Virus record (IMG/VR): IMGVR_UViG_3300036945_000454
Coordinates: 788 to 64,787 of that record
Direction: 5' to 3' (one strand)
From: a virus
Lineage: Duplodnaviria; Caudoviricetes
Length of the DNA stretch: 64,000 nt
Position 1 is the stretch's first letter, and each line of letters opens with the position of its first letter. The notes under the pieces are model-generated. The model ran no database searches and was not told where the DNA came from. It saw only the letters and a list, made by a program, of their open reading frames with translations. The translations under genes were made by a program, and so were the position numbers. This document shows, one piece after another, positions 1 to 10,460 of this stretch.

Positions 1-860
1 CATACGTTACCACGAGTAGCAACTGCATCAAATAAACCTTCAGTACCAGCAGCACCAGGTTGTACTTGAGAAGCAGCAACTGTCAAGTAAGCCAAAGCAC
101 CTGAACTAGCTTCTGCAGGAACACCTTCAACCATTGACATCTCTAAGTAATCTTCGAAACGTAAACGAGTCTCGTGCTCAGATTTGATGTACCATAAGTA
201 TCCTGTAGCACCATTCTCAGAAGTTACTTCAACCCATCCGATTTGAGCCATATCAGAACCAGATACTGAGTACTTGTCCTTGATGATGATAGGCTTGTTT
301 TCGAAGAAGATGTCTTCTGATTCTAATGAACCAACCATTCCAGTAGATCCTTTAGTGAATTCAGAACCGTAAACGAAAGCAGTAGAAGCTGTAGAAGCTG
401 CGATTGTTTGTCCACCACCTGCGTAGTAAGCTACAGTAAATGTATCATTAGCAGAGTTTACTGCAGTAATAACAGCTTTGTCAGATGCAGAACCAGCGTT
501 AGCTGATAAGAATACAGTTTGGTTAACACGGAAGTTAACAGTTACGTTAGAGTCGTTAACTGTCCAAGTAGCTGTGTCAGCTCCTGGAACTGCAGTTGTT
601 GTTACGTTAACGTACTTTGTGTGTAAACGTCCTTGCTCTGCCCACTTAATTAAGTCAGAGTTAGACGGCATCTCTGCTCCTACTAAACGTAAGAAAGATG
701 CAATAGAGCGATTACCATAACGCTCGAATTCTTTCTCGTAAGTATCTGGAAGATACTGATTCATGAAGTCGAAGTTGGTAATGTAGTTGGTAGGCAATGT
801 TGCCTTTACCGCTGAGGGTTGTAATTGAAAACCCGGGGAAGCTTGAACTGATCCAGCCAT
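1..860 (-). CDS. Major capsid protein (3' end runs off the window)
   Basis: Not in the ORF track; read by hand from ATG at 860: MAGSVQASPGFQLQPSAVKATLPTNYITNFDFMNQYLPDTYEKEFERYGNRSIASFLRLVGAEMPSNSDLIKWAEQGRLH..., open to base 1; resembles Bacteroidota podophage MCPs; follows portal and scaffold. Confidence 0.85.
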   Translation of the reverse strand, partial: MAGSVQASPGFQLQPSAVKATLPTNYITNFDFMNQYLPDTYEKEFERYGNRSIASFLRLVGAEMPSNSDLIKWAEQGRLHTKYVNVTTTAVPGADTATWTVNDSNVTVNFRVNQTVFLSANAGSASDKAVITAVNSANDTFTVAYYAGGGQTIAASTASTAFVYGSEFTKGSTGMVGSLESEDIFFENKPIIIKDKYSVSGSDMAQIGWVEVTSENGATGYLWYIKSEHETRLRFEDYLEMSMVEGVPAEASSGALAYLTVAASQVQPGAAGTEGLFDAVATRGNV

Positions 861-889
861 TGTTTAAAAAATTAGTTTTGGTTTTAAAA

Positions 890-2011
890 TTATTTAATCC
901 GGAGTCTATTACCGTGATCATTATCCAAAGCCGTTACCTTAAAACCTCCTTTATCAATTGGTTGTCCTGTTGTACGAACAGATCCCATGTCAATATTCTT
1001 GCTTTGTTTAGCAGATTGATCAATTGCATCAGATTTACCTTGTTCGTAAAAGAATTTTGCAAAAGAATCAGGGTTCATGGCTACAGCTATCGTCTTATGA
1101 TAAGCTTTAGCATCCTTGATATATCCTTTTTCATCGACAAAGTTGCCAAAGAATTTGGAGATATCCATTTGTTTGTTTTTTAAGTCCTCAGCATTCGATG
1201 GCTTCCAAGACACATCCTTATCTCCAATACCGAATTTGAAACCTTCAAATTCATTAGAGAATAATTCATTAGTCTTTTGCACAAAGAATTCAGATTTCTT
1301 TGATTGCTCCTGCTGTTGAGCAGAAGCGTTACTCATATATTCCTTATAAGATCTCAAAGCCTCTTGGTCTTCGGAAGAGACAGATGATATACCATTCGAC
1401 TCGAGTGGTGCTCTGTACTTTTCTTTTTGTTCCTCGAAATACTTTGTTGCCTTAGTAAGTTCTTTTTTAAATGCAAGTTTTTTCTTTTTGATGTCACGTT
1501 CGTCATCTAAATCCTCATCGTACCCAAAACGATCTGACATTTCATATTGAATATCTTCATCGTCTAACTCTGGGCTTATCTCCTTAAGGTATGTAGCTAA
1601 TAAACGCTCAGGCTTCTCGTTTGAGAAATCCTGGTTAACACGATAGAAGTCTTCTAGTCCACGACCTGTTTCTCTCTTGAAACGATAAAAAGCTTCAACG
1701 TCATCAGGAAGTAATTCCTTCTGAGGCTCAACAGGTGTAAACAAATCATCTAAAGAGTTAGCCTCTCTATTATACTTGCTTTTCAAATATGAAAGAACGT
1801 CTTCATCGCCAAATGATGACTGAGGAGTTGATTGCTCTTCTCCCGATCCTAATGCTGTGTCGGGTTCAGCAGATAGATCAACTTTAACTTCTTCAGATGT
1901 TTCGAACTGCTCGACACCTGTTTTTTCCTCATGTACTTTAAGCAGAGTCTCTTCTACTTCTTGGACAGACTTCTCTTCAAAGTCTACCAGTTTTACTTGA
2001 AAATTTTCCAT
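890..2011 (-). CDS. Acidic capsid scaffold/assembly protein
   Basis: 373 aa, very acidic and helical, between portal and MCP. Confidence 0.6.
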   Translation of the reverse strand: MENFQVKLVDFEEKSVQEVEETLLKVHEEKTGVEQFETSEEVKVDLSAEPDTALGSGEEQSTPQSSFGDEDVLSYLKSKYNREANSLDDLFTPVEPQKELLPDDVEAFYRFKRETGRGLEDFYRVNQDFSNEKPERLLATYLKEISPELDDEDIQYEMSDRFGYDEDLDDERDIKKKKLAFKKELTKATKYFEEQKEKYRAPLESNGISSVSSEDQEALRSYKEYMSNASAQQQEQSKKSEFFVQKTNELFSNEFEGFKFGIGDKDVSWKPSNAEDLKNKQMDISKFFGNFVDEKGYIKDAKAYHKTIAVAMNPDSFAKFFYEQGKSDAIDQSAKQSKNIDMGSVRTTGQPIDKGGFKVTALDNDHGNRLRIK

Positions 2012-2032
2012 TATTATTTAATTTAATTTGCA

Positions 2033-2040
2033 CAAAAGTA
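2033..2040 (-). promoter_or_regulatory. Bacteroidota sigma-A -7 element TACTTTTG for scaffold/MCP
   Basis: Matches TAnnTTTG about 20 nt upstream of the 2011 start. Confidence 0.55.
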
Positions 2041-2050
2041 GTAATAAATT

Positions 2051-4480
2051 TTATCTTGGATTAAACTGCTCTAAACTGAAGCCATCAAGTGAATCTTCCT
2101 CAGACTCAAAGCTCATTGCAGGTAAGTCTTTTTGACGTTGTTCAATCAATTTAGATTGCTGTGTTGCCTGTAACTTTGTTCTTTCATCCTTAGCTTTTTC
2201 TTTATCCATATCAAGCTGCTTAATCTTCTCAACCTCCATGCCTTTAAGTTGCATGTTGTAATTAAACTCAACGCTCATTAACTGCTCTTTAATTTGAGCC
2301 TCTGCCTGCATACGCTGAATATCAAACTGCATCTGAGCTTGAGCCAATTGAGCCTTTGCCTGAGATTCTGCTTGTACTTTTTGTAATGCCGCTTGAGCAG
2401 ATGCTTGAGATGATTGAATGTTTCCTTGAGTTTGCATTTGTATTTTAGCTTGCTCATTCTTCATGTCATCTTGTTGCTTCTTCTTCCGCTTTAATTTAAG
2501 CAATTCGTTAGCTAACTTAAGATTCTTCATCTGACGAATATCAATAGCATCTTCTAGACTAATTTGATCCCGTTGCATAGCAACTTGGATATTAGCCTCT
2601 AACTGAGCCTTCTCTTCTTCATCAGGGGCAACCTCAATAAATACACCAAAATCGTGTAAGTACAAGTCTTTGATTTCATCTAATACACCAACTGCATATT
2701 TACCAATTTGCATTACAAACTCTTCTTTAAAATCAGAGTACTCTAAAATGTCTGCAATTCGGCAAGATAGGGCTTCCGATAAACGCTTAGTAATAAACAA
2801 GCTGCCTTCTAAAATATGACGAGTTGCTGTATTTGAATTAAGAGCCGCAAGTTTCTGTACACCTACCAATGCATCAGGGTTTGGAGTTGATGCATCTCTA
2901 GCTTCATTTAACCCGGTAACATCCCTGATCATTGATAGGTACTGATTGTATGCATTAATTAATGCAGTGATTTTTCCTTGTCCGCTATTACTATTAAGTT
3001 CTTGAATTGGTATTCTGCCATTATTGAAATCTCCATCAACAGTTGAGCTTCTACCAATAACACTACCTGTTTGGAAGTATAATCGTAAAGCATCTTCTGG
3101 ATTGTATGCAGCTCCTGTTCCCAAGTCAACTTCGTTAATACCATCGGCATCAATGTAAACACCATCAGGAACAACACGCTGTAATACTTGTTGTAGCTTC
3201 AAGTGTGTAAGTTGAATTAAGTCAGCAAAAGGAATCATTCTACGAGTCAATGACTCGATAACTCCTTTGTACATACGTGGAGCAACAGCAATATATTGAG
3301 GCAATGCATATTGAGATGCAGACTTAGGGCGAACCATGTTTTTAGCAAGTTCCCACTTAAGTAGGTAACTTGAGCCCATAACCATTACGCCTTCATACCA
3401 AACGTCAATACGTTTTTCAACACGCTCAAAACGCTCTTCCATTCCTTCCGGAACTTGGAAGTTCTGATCCTTCTCAATTACTTTTGATCCTCCGTTGTCG
3501 TTGTACTTCTTTTTGTAAACATACGTTTTGTCTGTTTTATAATTGAAATACATAAGAGTAACAACGTCACGATTGAATAAATCGCTACGATAAGGGCGAA
3601 GTACGCCATAGTAATTATACCAAGCCGTACCAAGCTGCTGAATTTCTGCCAATTCTTCATTAGTAATATTTGGCTTAATTTTTATAAGTTCGCTAATAGG
3701 TACTTGCTTTACCTCGCCAAAGTAGAAACAATCATCAAATGTAGGTGACTCTGTATAACTATATACCATGTTAGCAGGGTCAACATACTCAACTCTTACT
3801 CCCGATCCAGGAAAGAAAGAATGCTTGACCATACCAATTCCAATAGTAGCAATGTCATAATCAAATCTTTTGCGTGTATCGCTATAATGGTTGACATCTA
3901 AAATTGTATTAATAGCTTCTTCTTCAGCAATCTCAATAGCAGGCTTATATCTAAGTTGCATATAAAGATTTAACTCTTGCTCATTTTCAGGTAAATCTTG
4001 AGGAGGTACATTAAATGCATCAATGCCAAAATCTTTTTGAGTTTGCAGTAAAAAATCTTTTGAGACCATATCAGCCTCAACCATTTCTTGAAATTGAGTT
4101 CTTCTCTCCATTGACATTGCATCTTGTGCATATGCCTTAACTTCAAATAAACGATCATTCATTCCGTTAACAACGATATCAACAAACTTTGGAATGATAG
4201 GTACAGGTGTCCAGTCTAAGTTAATATGCGACATATCGCCATCAACCTGGAATTGTTCTTTATATTTTGCAATTGATTGTTCACCACGAGCATATAACCT
4301 AATGCGATGAAAGTCAATCCATTGAGAATAGAAGCGACAGTTATTACCTGTCTTCGCAAACCATTCCCACATAATACTTTGTCCTACTTTTAATCCAAAC
4401 TCCTGAGATGCTTTCTCTGCATCCGTAGCCAACTGTGTTGGGAAGTTGGTCGGATTAATCATTATTAAAGGGTCGTTCAT
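2051..4480 (-). CDS. Portal protein
   Basis: 809 aa right after terminase; WTPVPIIPKFVDIVVNG and IRDVTGLNEARD motifs, Gln-rich coiled-coil tail. Confidence 0.85.
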   Translation of the reverse strand: MNDPLIMINPTNFPTQLATDAEKASQEFGLKVGQSIMWEWFAKTGNNCRFYSQWIDFHRIRLYARGEQSIAKYKEQFQVDGDMSHINLDWTPVPIIPKFVDIVVNGMNDRLFEVKAYAQDAMSMERRTQFQEMVEADMVSKDFLLQTQKDFGIDAFNVPPQDLPENEQELNLYMQLRYKPAIEIAEEEAINTILDVNHYSDTRKRFDYDIATIGIGMVKHSFFPGSGVRVEYVDPANMVYSYTESPTFDDCFYFGEVKQVPISELIKIKPNITNEELAEIQQLGTAWYNYYGVLRPYRSDLFNRDVVTLMYFNYKTDKTYVYKKKYNDNGGSKVIEKDQNFQVPEGMEERFERVEKRIDVWYEGVMVMGSSYLLKWELAKNMVRPKSASQYALPQYIAVAPRMYKGVIESLTRRMIPFADLIQLTHLKLQQVLQRVVPDGVYIDADGINEVDLGTGAAYNPEDALRLYFQTGSVIGRSSTVDGDFNNGRIPIQELNSNSGQGKITALINAYNQYLSMIRDVTGLNEARDASTPNPDALVGVQKLAALNSNTATRHILEGSLFITKRLSEALSCRIADILEYSDFKEEFVMQIGKYAVGVLDEIKDLYLHDFGVFIEVAPDEEEKAQLEANIQVAMQRDQISLEDAIDIRQMKNLKLANELLKLKRKKKQQDDMKNEQAKIQMQTQGNIQSSQASAQAALQKVQAESQAKAQLAQAQMQFDIQRMQAEAQIKEQLMSVEFNYNMQLKGMEVEKIKQLDMDKEKAKDERTKLQATQQSKLIEQRQKDLPAMSFESEEDSLDGFSLEQFNPR

Positions 4481-6690
4481 ATATTTTTCAGTCTACTCGC
4501 TGAACCGCTGTTATCGTATCTTGCAAATTTAATGCTAATTTTTGACTCTTTTTTCTCAGGCAGATAAATGTGTTTCTGATTAGCCATAATAGCCAAGCCA
4601 GAACTGATAGAAGCATCATACTTTGTTCTATCATTAACATTAAATTTAGACCAATCTTGGAGAGTTCTAGTGAAAGGCATATTGCCTATTTCGTCAGGAT
4701 TCCTGTAGGTACCTTCTAGGTCATAGCCTACATACTTCTCAATGTAAGTACCAATTCCTGCAGCGTGTGCTTGTTTCATATCCTCGCTTGACGATGGTAT
4801 GCCACCAATCTCAATCTCAGTAAATGATAACTTGGCTTTATGCTTGTCAGGTCTGTTCATTGAAAACCCACGATAGCCTCTATTCTTAAAGTGATAAAGA
4901 AGACGGGCTTTGTTATTTTCCGCAAGTATTGGCATGCCATAAAAAACGCAAGCCATTAGCACCTCCTCAAAGAATATCTCAGCTGTCTGTGGACGAGCAA
5001 TGTACTCTAAGAAGAATGCATTTGACGGAGCATTCGCCATATTGAACTTAGTAAGACCGTGAAGAGAGCCATTCGACCCACCAAAAGTAGCACCCGAAAT
5101 ATCATAAGGGTCACATCCAAAGACCCCGATGTGTTCGTTGAGAGGATAACGTGTTCCATTTTTAGTTATAAACTTATTGCGTAATGCTATTTCAGGTATC
5201 CAAGATACTAAAAATCTTCCTGCCTTATCAGGAGTCCAAACAACCTCTGTGTCTTTCTCTCCGTTTTTCCAATGAAAGAATCCACGAGTTAATACGTGAT
5301 CCTGTATTAGGCCATCATTGTAATCTATCTGCTGATAGATTTTAGTTAGGTTATAAATAGATGACTTGGTCTCATCACGGAATGCGTGAGACTCTGTTCT
5401 AGGGAACTGACGATAGAATTCGTTAAGTGCATCCGGGTTGGACTTTAATGAGGACACCTCATTATTCCAATACTCAATAACACCTTGAGTTATCCATGTG
5501 CCTTCGGCCGACTTAACTGGTTTAGCAGGAGTCTCTAATACTGCGTGACCATATTCATCAATGTATCCCTCAAAGTTATACTCCATCGGAATAAAGAGCG
5601 AATAAAGACCCGATAGAGTCTGACCATTCTTGTTTCTTTTTGTGACATCTGAGTCATGATATAGTCTTTTATAATTTTCTCCACCTTTGTCAAGCGAGTT
5701 GGATGTTGAACCCATCATGCACTTACCAATAATCCTAGCACCTAAACGAAGACAAGTCTTACGAATACGCCAACCATTCTCGATGTTCATTGGCTTCTCT
5801 AACTTAGCAGCCTCGTCCTCAATTAGGAACCGAAGCTTCTCACCATCGTACGAGTTGTCTGCTGTATTACGCCAGTCAATCGATGTATCCAATCCGTCAA
5901 TATCTTCGTCTTGCTCCTGATCCATGTTCTTGCGTGTAATCTTAGATGCAGGAACACGGAAAGCAAGTTCAGTCTTTGGTGTGGTCATACCATCACGCAC
6001 AGGCTGAAAAAAGAATGGGTAGTTGTTAGCAATAGGCACAACCTTATCCGTAAACATTTTTTTCGCATCAGGTCCTGTTTTCGAAACCATCCCAATACGA
6101 GCATCTTTTGCTAATGTAGCAATATCTACGGAAACAGAGGATGCCATAAAAGAAAAACCTGAACGTCTATTTTTTAGATAGCACATACCAAAGCACCTAG
6201 TGTCTGCTTTGCAAGCTTCAAAGAAAAGAAAGAATATTCTATTTGATTCACGGAAGTCAGGGTGTCCAACATCGGTCTTTGACCAAGTGAGATACATATA
6301 ATGATGACCTGAGATATAAGTCTTTACGCCTTTGTTGGTAAACCAATAGCCGTACTCTCTTCGATCAAACTCCTCCTCGATAAAATCTACCCATTGTGTT
6401 TTAAATGAATTGTCACGTCTATTCCAATCAAATATTGTTTTGATCCGAGATAATTCCTTTGGCAATATAATTGGTTCCCACTTGTCAGCCTTGTAAGATA
6501 ATTTTTCGGGAGTCTTTGGTAATCCTACTCTAAGATTTTGAATATCGTATATATCACCCAAAGTTCCATCTTTAGATATAATGACAATATCAAACTCTGG
6601 ATTATATCCATACTCCCATTCTTTCTTGGCGTTCTTTTTGTCAAGTACTTTCTTGGGAACAACATTATCTATTATTTTATATAAACTCAT
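4477..6690 (-). CDS. terL: Terminase large subunit
   Basis: Walker A-like KNRRSGFS, Walker B LIEDEAAK, GSTSN coupling motif, RNase H-like GCDPYD. Confidence 0.9.
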   Translation of the reverse strand: MSLYKIIDNVVPKKVLDKKNAKKEWEYGYNPEFDIVIISKDGTLGDIYDIQNLRVGLPKTPEKLSYKADKWEPIILPKELSRIKTIFDWNRRDNSFKTQWVDFIEEEFDRREYGYWFTNKGVKTYISGHHYMYLTWSKTDVGHPDFRESNRIFFLFFEACKADTRCFGMCYLKNRRSGFSFMASSVSVDIATLAKDARIGMVSKTGPDAKKMFTDKVVPIANNYPFFFQPVRDGMTTPKTELAFRVPASKITRKNMDQEQDEDIDGLDTSIDWRNTADNSYDGEKLRFLIEDEAAKLEKPMNIENGWRIRKTCLRLGARIIGKCMMGSTSNSLDKGGENYKRLYHDSDVTKRNKNGQTLSGLYSLFIPMEYNFEGYIDEYGHAVLETPAKPVKSAEGTWITQGVIEYWNNEVSSLKSNPDALNEFYRQFPRTESHAFRDETKSSIYNLTKIYQQIDYNDGLIQDHVLTRGFFHWKNGEKDTEVVWTPDKAGRFLVSWIPEIALRNKFITKNGTRYPLNEHIGVFGCDPYDISGATFGGSNGSLHGLTKFNMANAPSNAFFLEYIARPQTAEIFFEEVLMACVFYGMPILAENNKARLLYHFKNRGYRGFSMNRPDKHKAKLSFTEIEIGGIPSSSEDMKQAHAAGIGTYIEKYVGYDLEGTYRNPDEIGNMPFTRTLQDWSKFNVNDRTKYDASISSGLAIMANQKHIYLPEKKESKISIKFARYDNSGSASRLKNI

Positions 6691-6968
6691 TTTGCTTTCG
6701 CTCTAGATTCAGCAAACCCACGATTAGTATTAACCTGATTATTAACAACACCATCAATGATGTTATTCTCTTCTTCTATACGCTTAAGAATCTCGAACGC
6801 ATCCATGATGGCTAACTTTTTAGCCTGAGCTGCATTCTTAAGTTTATCTGCACTCAAGTCATCCTCAGCGTGCGTAACAATTCTTTCTTCAGCAACCTTA
6901 ATTAACTCTTCAACAGCTTTGTATCCGGAGTCAATGATTCGCTTTTTTAATTCTGTTATACGACTCAT
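6687..6968 (-). CDS. Putative terminase small subunit
   Basis: 93 aa helical protein overlapping the terL start. Confidence 0.45.
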   Translation of the reverse strand: MSRITELKKRIIDSGYKAVEELIKVAEERIVTHAEDDLSADKLKNAAQAKKLAIMDAFEILKRIEEENNIIDGVVNNQVNTNRGFAESRAKAK

Positions 6969-7513
6969 AGTTTAATGGTTAGGTTCTTTGTGTACATCCT
7001 GTAAACCTTCTCTCCGTCAATCCAAAAAGGATACTCTGATTCAGGCTCAAAGATGACCATATCGCCCACTTTAAGACCAAGGTCTAGTACTTCATCGTTC
7101 GCATACTTTATCGTGCCAACAAGGGGCTTTTCTACATCAATGGTGGTGATGCCAGTATGGTCGTTATCAACAGGAGAAACAAACACATACCGGCCGATTC
7201 CTTTCCATGTATCACACTCATGCTTATATGCGTATGGATCATCGATAAAAAATAAATCATCACGGAAATAATTCCACGATGACTTCTCACGACCACGCAT
7301 ATCGTAGTAATACTTAAATGTGTTATGATGCACGATAACTATATCGCCAACTTGAACAGGCCCTTGGTAACCGATAGGAGTTTCAATTACAACAGCCTCA
7401 CGAGTGGAGGCTTTGTAATCTTCCTTAGACGTAGATATAATGATGCCATTACGCTCATCATCATATCGCTTACCATCTTTTGGCTTTACGATAAAATAAA
7501 ATGGAGACTTCAT
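6965..7513 (-). CDS. GroES-like (tandem Cpn10-fold) protein
   Basis: FIVKP...GIII...AVVIETP...VQVGDIVIVH plus a second LKVGDMVIF...IDGEKVY repeat. Confidence 0.55.
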   Translation of the reverse strand: MKSPFYFIVKPKDGKRYDDERNGIIISTSKEDYKASTREAVVIETPIGYQGPVQVGDIVIVHHNTFKYYYDMRGREKSSWNYFRDDLFFIDDPYAYKHECDTWKGIGRYVFVSPVDNDHTGITTIDVEKPLVGTIKYANDEVLDLGLKVGDMVIFEPESEYPFWIDGEKVYRMYTKNLTIKL

Positions 7514-7731
7514 TAGAACTCGATATTATACTCGAGGACAAATGGCGTGGTTGATGTAATTAATTTCCAAAGAACTATTTCAGCATTCTTCTCAATAAAA
7601 ATACTAACCGAGCCATCATCCTTTTGTGTGATTAAATGAATACGATATGACTTATCAAGGACTTCCTGTCCATGAGTATAGTTCATAGCGTTCTTATAAT
7701 CGGGGCCGATAGATATCTTACGAATCAGCAT
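7513..7731 (-). CDS. Conserved hypothetical phage protein
   Basis: 72 aa ORF coupled to its neighbours. Confidence 0.6.
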   Translation of the reverse strand: MLIRKISIGPDYKNAMNYTHGQEVLDKSYRIHLITQKDDGSVSIFIEKNAEIVLWKLITSTTPFVLEYNIEF

Positions 7732-7972
7732 TTTGTTCTTTGATTTCTCCAGTTACGGTGTCGATCAATACGTTGCCATATTTCTGATGCATTTCCTCCT
7801 GGATGTTATTTAATTCTTCTGCGAATTTCTCAGCATTAAATAATACTGATTGCTTTTGAGTCTTTAATCGATTTAAAGAAATCTCAATATCAGCGATTGT
7901 TGTGCGTGCCTCACGAAGACCTTTTGTCGTTTCGTTCAAGCGAGCTAATTCTTCTTCTTCTAATTTTTTCAT
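7718..7972 (-). CDS. Coiled-coil hypothetical protein
   Basis: 84 aa heptad pattern; TAAATTTG promoter at 7996-8003 (-). Confidence 0.6.
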   Translation of the reverse strand: MKKLEEEELARLNETTKGLREARTTIADIEISLNRLKTQKQSVLFNAEKFAEELNNIQEEMHQKYGNVLIDTVTGEIKEQNADS

Positions 7973-8047
7973 TGTTATTTTATTAAAGTAATATGCAAAT
8001 TTAGCATTTTTCCTTTTATATTTACTGCTAATCTAATTAATTCAAAA

Positions 8048-10096
8048 ATGAAATCCAAGATTTTATACTTAGCCCCTCACTTATCGACAGGAGGGATGCC
8101 ATCTTTTCTTCTCAAGCAGGTACAATTACTAAACAAAATGTACGACATACATGTAGTAGAATATCAGTTCTACACAGCTGATTTCGTAGTGCATCGTAAT
8201 GCGATAAAAGAAATACTTGGTAACAAAGTATATACTCTTGGTGATACCAAATCAGAACTACTTGACATAGTAGCAAATATTAAACCTGACATCATTCACC
8301 TACATGATGTGGCTGAGAGATTTGATCACGAGGTGATGTCTGAGTTATACACTCCAACAAGATCACACAGGATTATTGAGACTTGTCACGATGTATTTTT
8401 TAATCCGGATAAAGAAAGAAAGTTTCATCCTGATGCATATGCATTCTGCTCTAGTTATCATAAAGAGGTTACATTTAAGAATATGCCTACAAAGGTAAAG
8501 TATGTTATTGAATTCCCTATCGATCCTAAACAATCCGAAAAACAAGAAGACACAAAGTATGTAGTTAATGTTGGGTTGTGGACACCAGGAAAGAATCAAG
8601 CTGAAGGAATTGAGATTGCGAGAAAGAATCCTGATTGGACATTTTATTTTATTGGTAATCAAGCTGGTAACTTCCAAGATTATTGGAAACCTTTAATGAA
8701 TGATTTGCCACCAAATGTTAGAGTACTAGGAGAGCGTGATGATGTGGACTCATTTTTAAAGGAGGCTAACGTATTTATGTTTAATAGCACAATTGAATGT
8801 AATCCACTTGCATTGCGTGAGGCTATTGCATACAACTTGCCAATCATTGCTCATAACCTACCGCAGTACCACGGAAGATATGCGGCTTACATACAACCAA
8901 TCGATACAGACTTAAATACAATCAAGGCAAATTATGTGACTATTAAAGATCAGACATCTGATTTATTCAAAACAAAACTATCAAAGTTTTACACAAAAGT
9001 AATGGCAAGTGATATCGAAGATCAGGATGTTCAGATAATAGAACACAATGTTAACGGCCCTTATTTTGAGATAAAATCTGCTGTCAAATCTTGGTTCCAC
9101 CTAGTATGGAAAACAGGTACAGGTGAAACTGTTTATGAGAACACAATTCAGTCTAATTCGTGGGCTAGATTAAACAGACAATACTACGAGAATTGGTCGC
9201 TTGAAGTGTACGAGAAAGGAGAGAAGTTTTATGAAAAAACACTTAATTTAAAAGGAAAGCGTGTTTTGATTTGCATCGATAGTAAATCACTTGGAGATAA
9301 TATTGCTTGGGCTCCGTATGCTTTAGAGTTTCAAAAGAAGCACGATTGCAAAGTTATTTTGTCCAGTTTTTTTGCAAATATACTGGACTATCCTGAGATA
9401 GAAATAGTAGAGCCTGGATCGAATGTTGAGAACATCCATGCACAATATAATATTGGTTGGTACTATGACTCAAACAAAGAGCCGGTACTTCCAAATACTA
9501 TTCCATTACAACAAGCTGCTACTAATATTCTTGGATTAGAATTCGAAGAGATTAAGCCAAGGCTGAAATGGAAGTCAAGTAAAGGTAAATTATATTTAAA
9601 AAAGACAGTTACTATTGCAACAAACTCAACAGCCGGGTGTAAGTTTTGGACCAAAGAAGGATGGCAAGGAGTTATTAATTACTTACACGAGAAAGGATAC
9701 AAAGTTATTAATGTTTCCTTAGAAGAAAACCCATTTGACAATTGCGAACAGATTATTAATCACAACATAGAAGACACCATGGGATTAATAAACATGAGTG
9801 AATTCACCATTGCTTTAGGTAGTGGGATTTCGTGGTTATCTTGGGGGTTAGGCAAAAAAGTTATAATGATTGCAAACTTCTCTGAGCCATGGCATGAGTT
9901 TGTTAGTAACTGCATAAGAATTACTGATAAGAGCCTATGCAATGGATGCTGGAACGACCCTGAAGAGAAGTTTGATAAAGGAGATTGGAACTGGTGTCCA
10001 GTCCATAAGGGGACTGATAGAATGTTTGAATGTCAGACATCCATTACGGCACAAAAAGTAATAGATGCAATAAACAAGAAGATATTGATTCGCTAG
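8048..10096 (+). CDS. Two-domain glycosyltransferase: GT4-like domain plus Aah/TibC-like protein O-heptosyltransferase domain
   Basis: N-terminal HLSTGGMP and ECNPLALREA (GT-B); C-terminal SLGDNIAW, SGISWLSW and Cys cluster CNGCWN...CPVH...FEC. Confidence 0.75.
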   Translation: MKSKILYLAPHLSTGGMPSFLLKQVQLLNKMYDIHVVEYQFYTADFVVHRNAIKEILGNKVYTLGDTKSELLDIVANIKPDIIHLHDVAERFDHEVMSELYTPTRSHRIIETCHDVFFNPDKERKFHPDAYAFCSSYHKEVTFKNMPTKVKYVIEFPIDPKQSEKQEDTKYVVNVGLWTPGKNQAEGIEIARKNPDWTFYFIGNQAGNFQDYWKPLMNDLPPNVRVLGERDDVDSFLKEANVFMFNSTIECNPLALREAIAYNLPIIAHNLPQYHGRYAAYIQPIDTDLNTIKANYVTIKDQTSDLFKTKLSKFYTKVMASDIEDQDVQIIEHNVNGPYFEIKSAVKSWFHLVWKTGTGETVYENTIQSNSWARLNRQYYENWSLEVYEKGEKFYEKTLNLKGKRVLICIDSKSLGDNIAWAPYALEFQKKHDCKVILSSFFANILDYPEIEIVEPGSNVENIHAQYNIGWYYDSNKEPVLPNTIPLQQAATNILGLEFEEIKPRLKWKSSKGKLYLKKTVTIATNSTAGCKFWTKEGWQGVINYLHEKGYKVINVSLEENPFDNCEQIINHNIEDTMGLINMSEFTIALGSGISWLSWGLGKKVIMIANFSEPWHEFVSNCIRITDKSLCNGCWNDPEEKFDKGDWNWCPVHKGTDRMFECQTSITAQKVIDAINKKILIR

Positions 10097-10460
10097 TATT
10101 AATCTCTAAACAGTTTATTGGATCCTCAAAGTCCTCAACTTGTAGTTGGGGATTTTTTCTTTGCTCATCTGTTTTAAGCCAGCACCATTTGACATCGCTA
10201 TGCAATGCATTTAAATAATCTCTAGCTTCTTGATAAGGATAAATTAAAGATAGTACAACGGTCTTTTCTCTACTAAGATAGTGGGCTATGTCACTAGCTC
10301 TGTTTAGATTTTTTAATCTACCTTCTCTACTATAATCCTTGTTATTAAATAATTCACGAAGATCATCTCCATCGATGTGATGATAATCTCTACGCTTTAA
10401 TAATTCTTTAGCAAGTGTAGTCTTACCTGCCCCAGGTTGTCCGATCAAAGCTATTATCAT
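10044..10460 (-). CDS. cysC: Adenylyl-sulfate (APS) kinase-like P-loop kinase
   Basis: Likely start MIIALIGQPGAGKTT at 10460; IDGDDLR, DYSREGRLKN and DFEDP motifs typical of CysC. Confidence 0.7.
   Translation of the reverse strand: MIIALIGQPGAGKTTLAKELLKRRDYHHIDGDDLRELFNNKDYSREGRLKNLNRASDIAHYLSREKTVVLSLIYPYQEARDYLNALHSDVKWCWLKTDEQRKNPQLQVEDFEDPINCLEINTSESISSCLLHLLLFVP

Noticed and set aside
478-1319. Short ORFs over the capsid and scaffold genes
   Set aside because: Antisense or out-of-frame shadows of the real minus-strand genes
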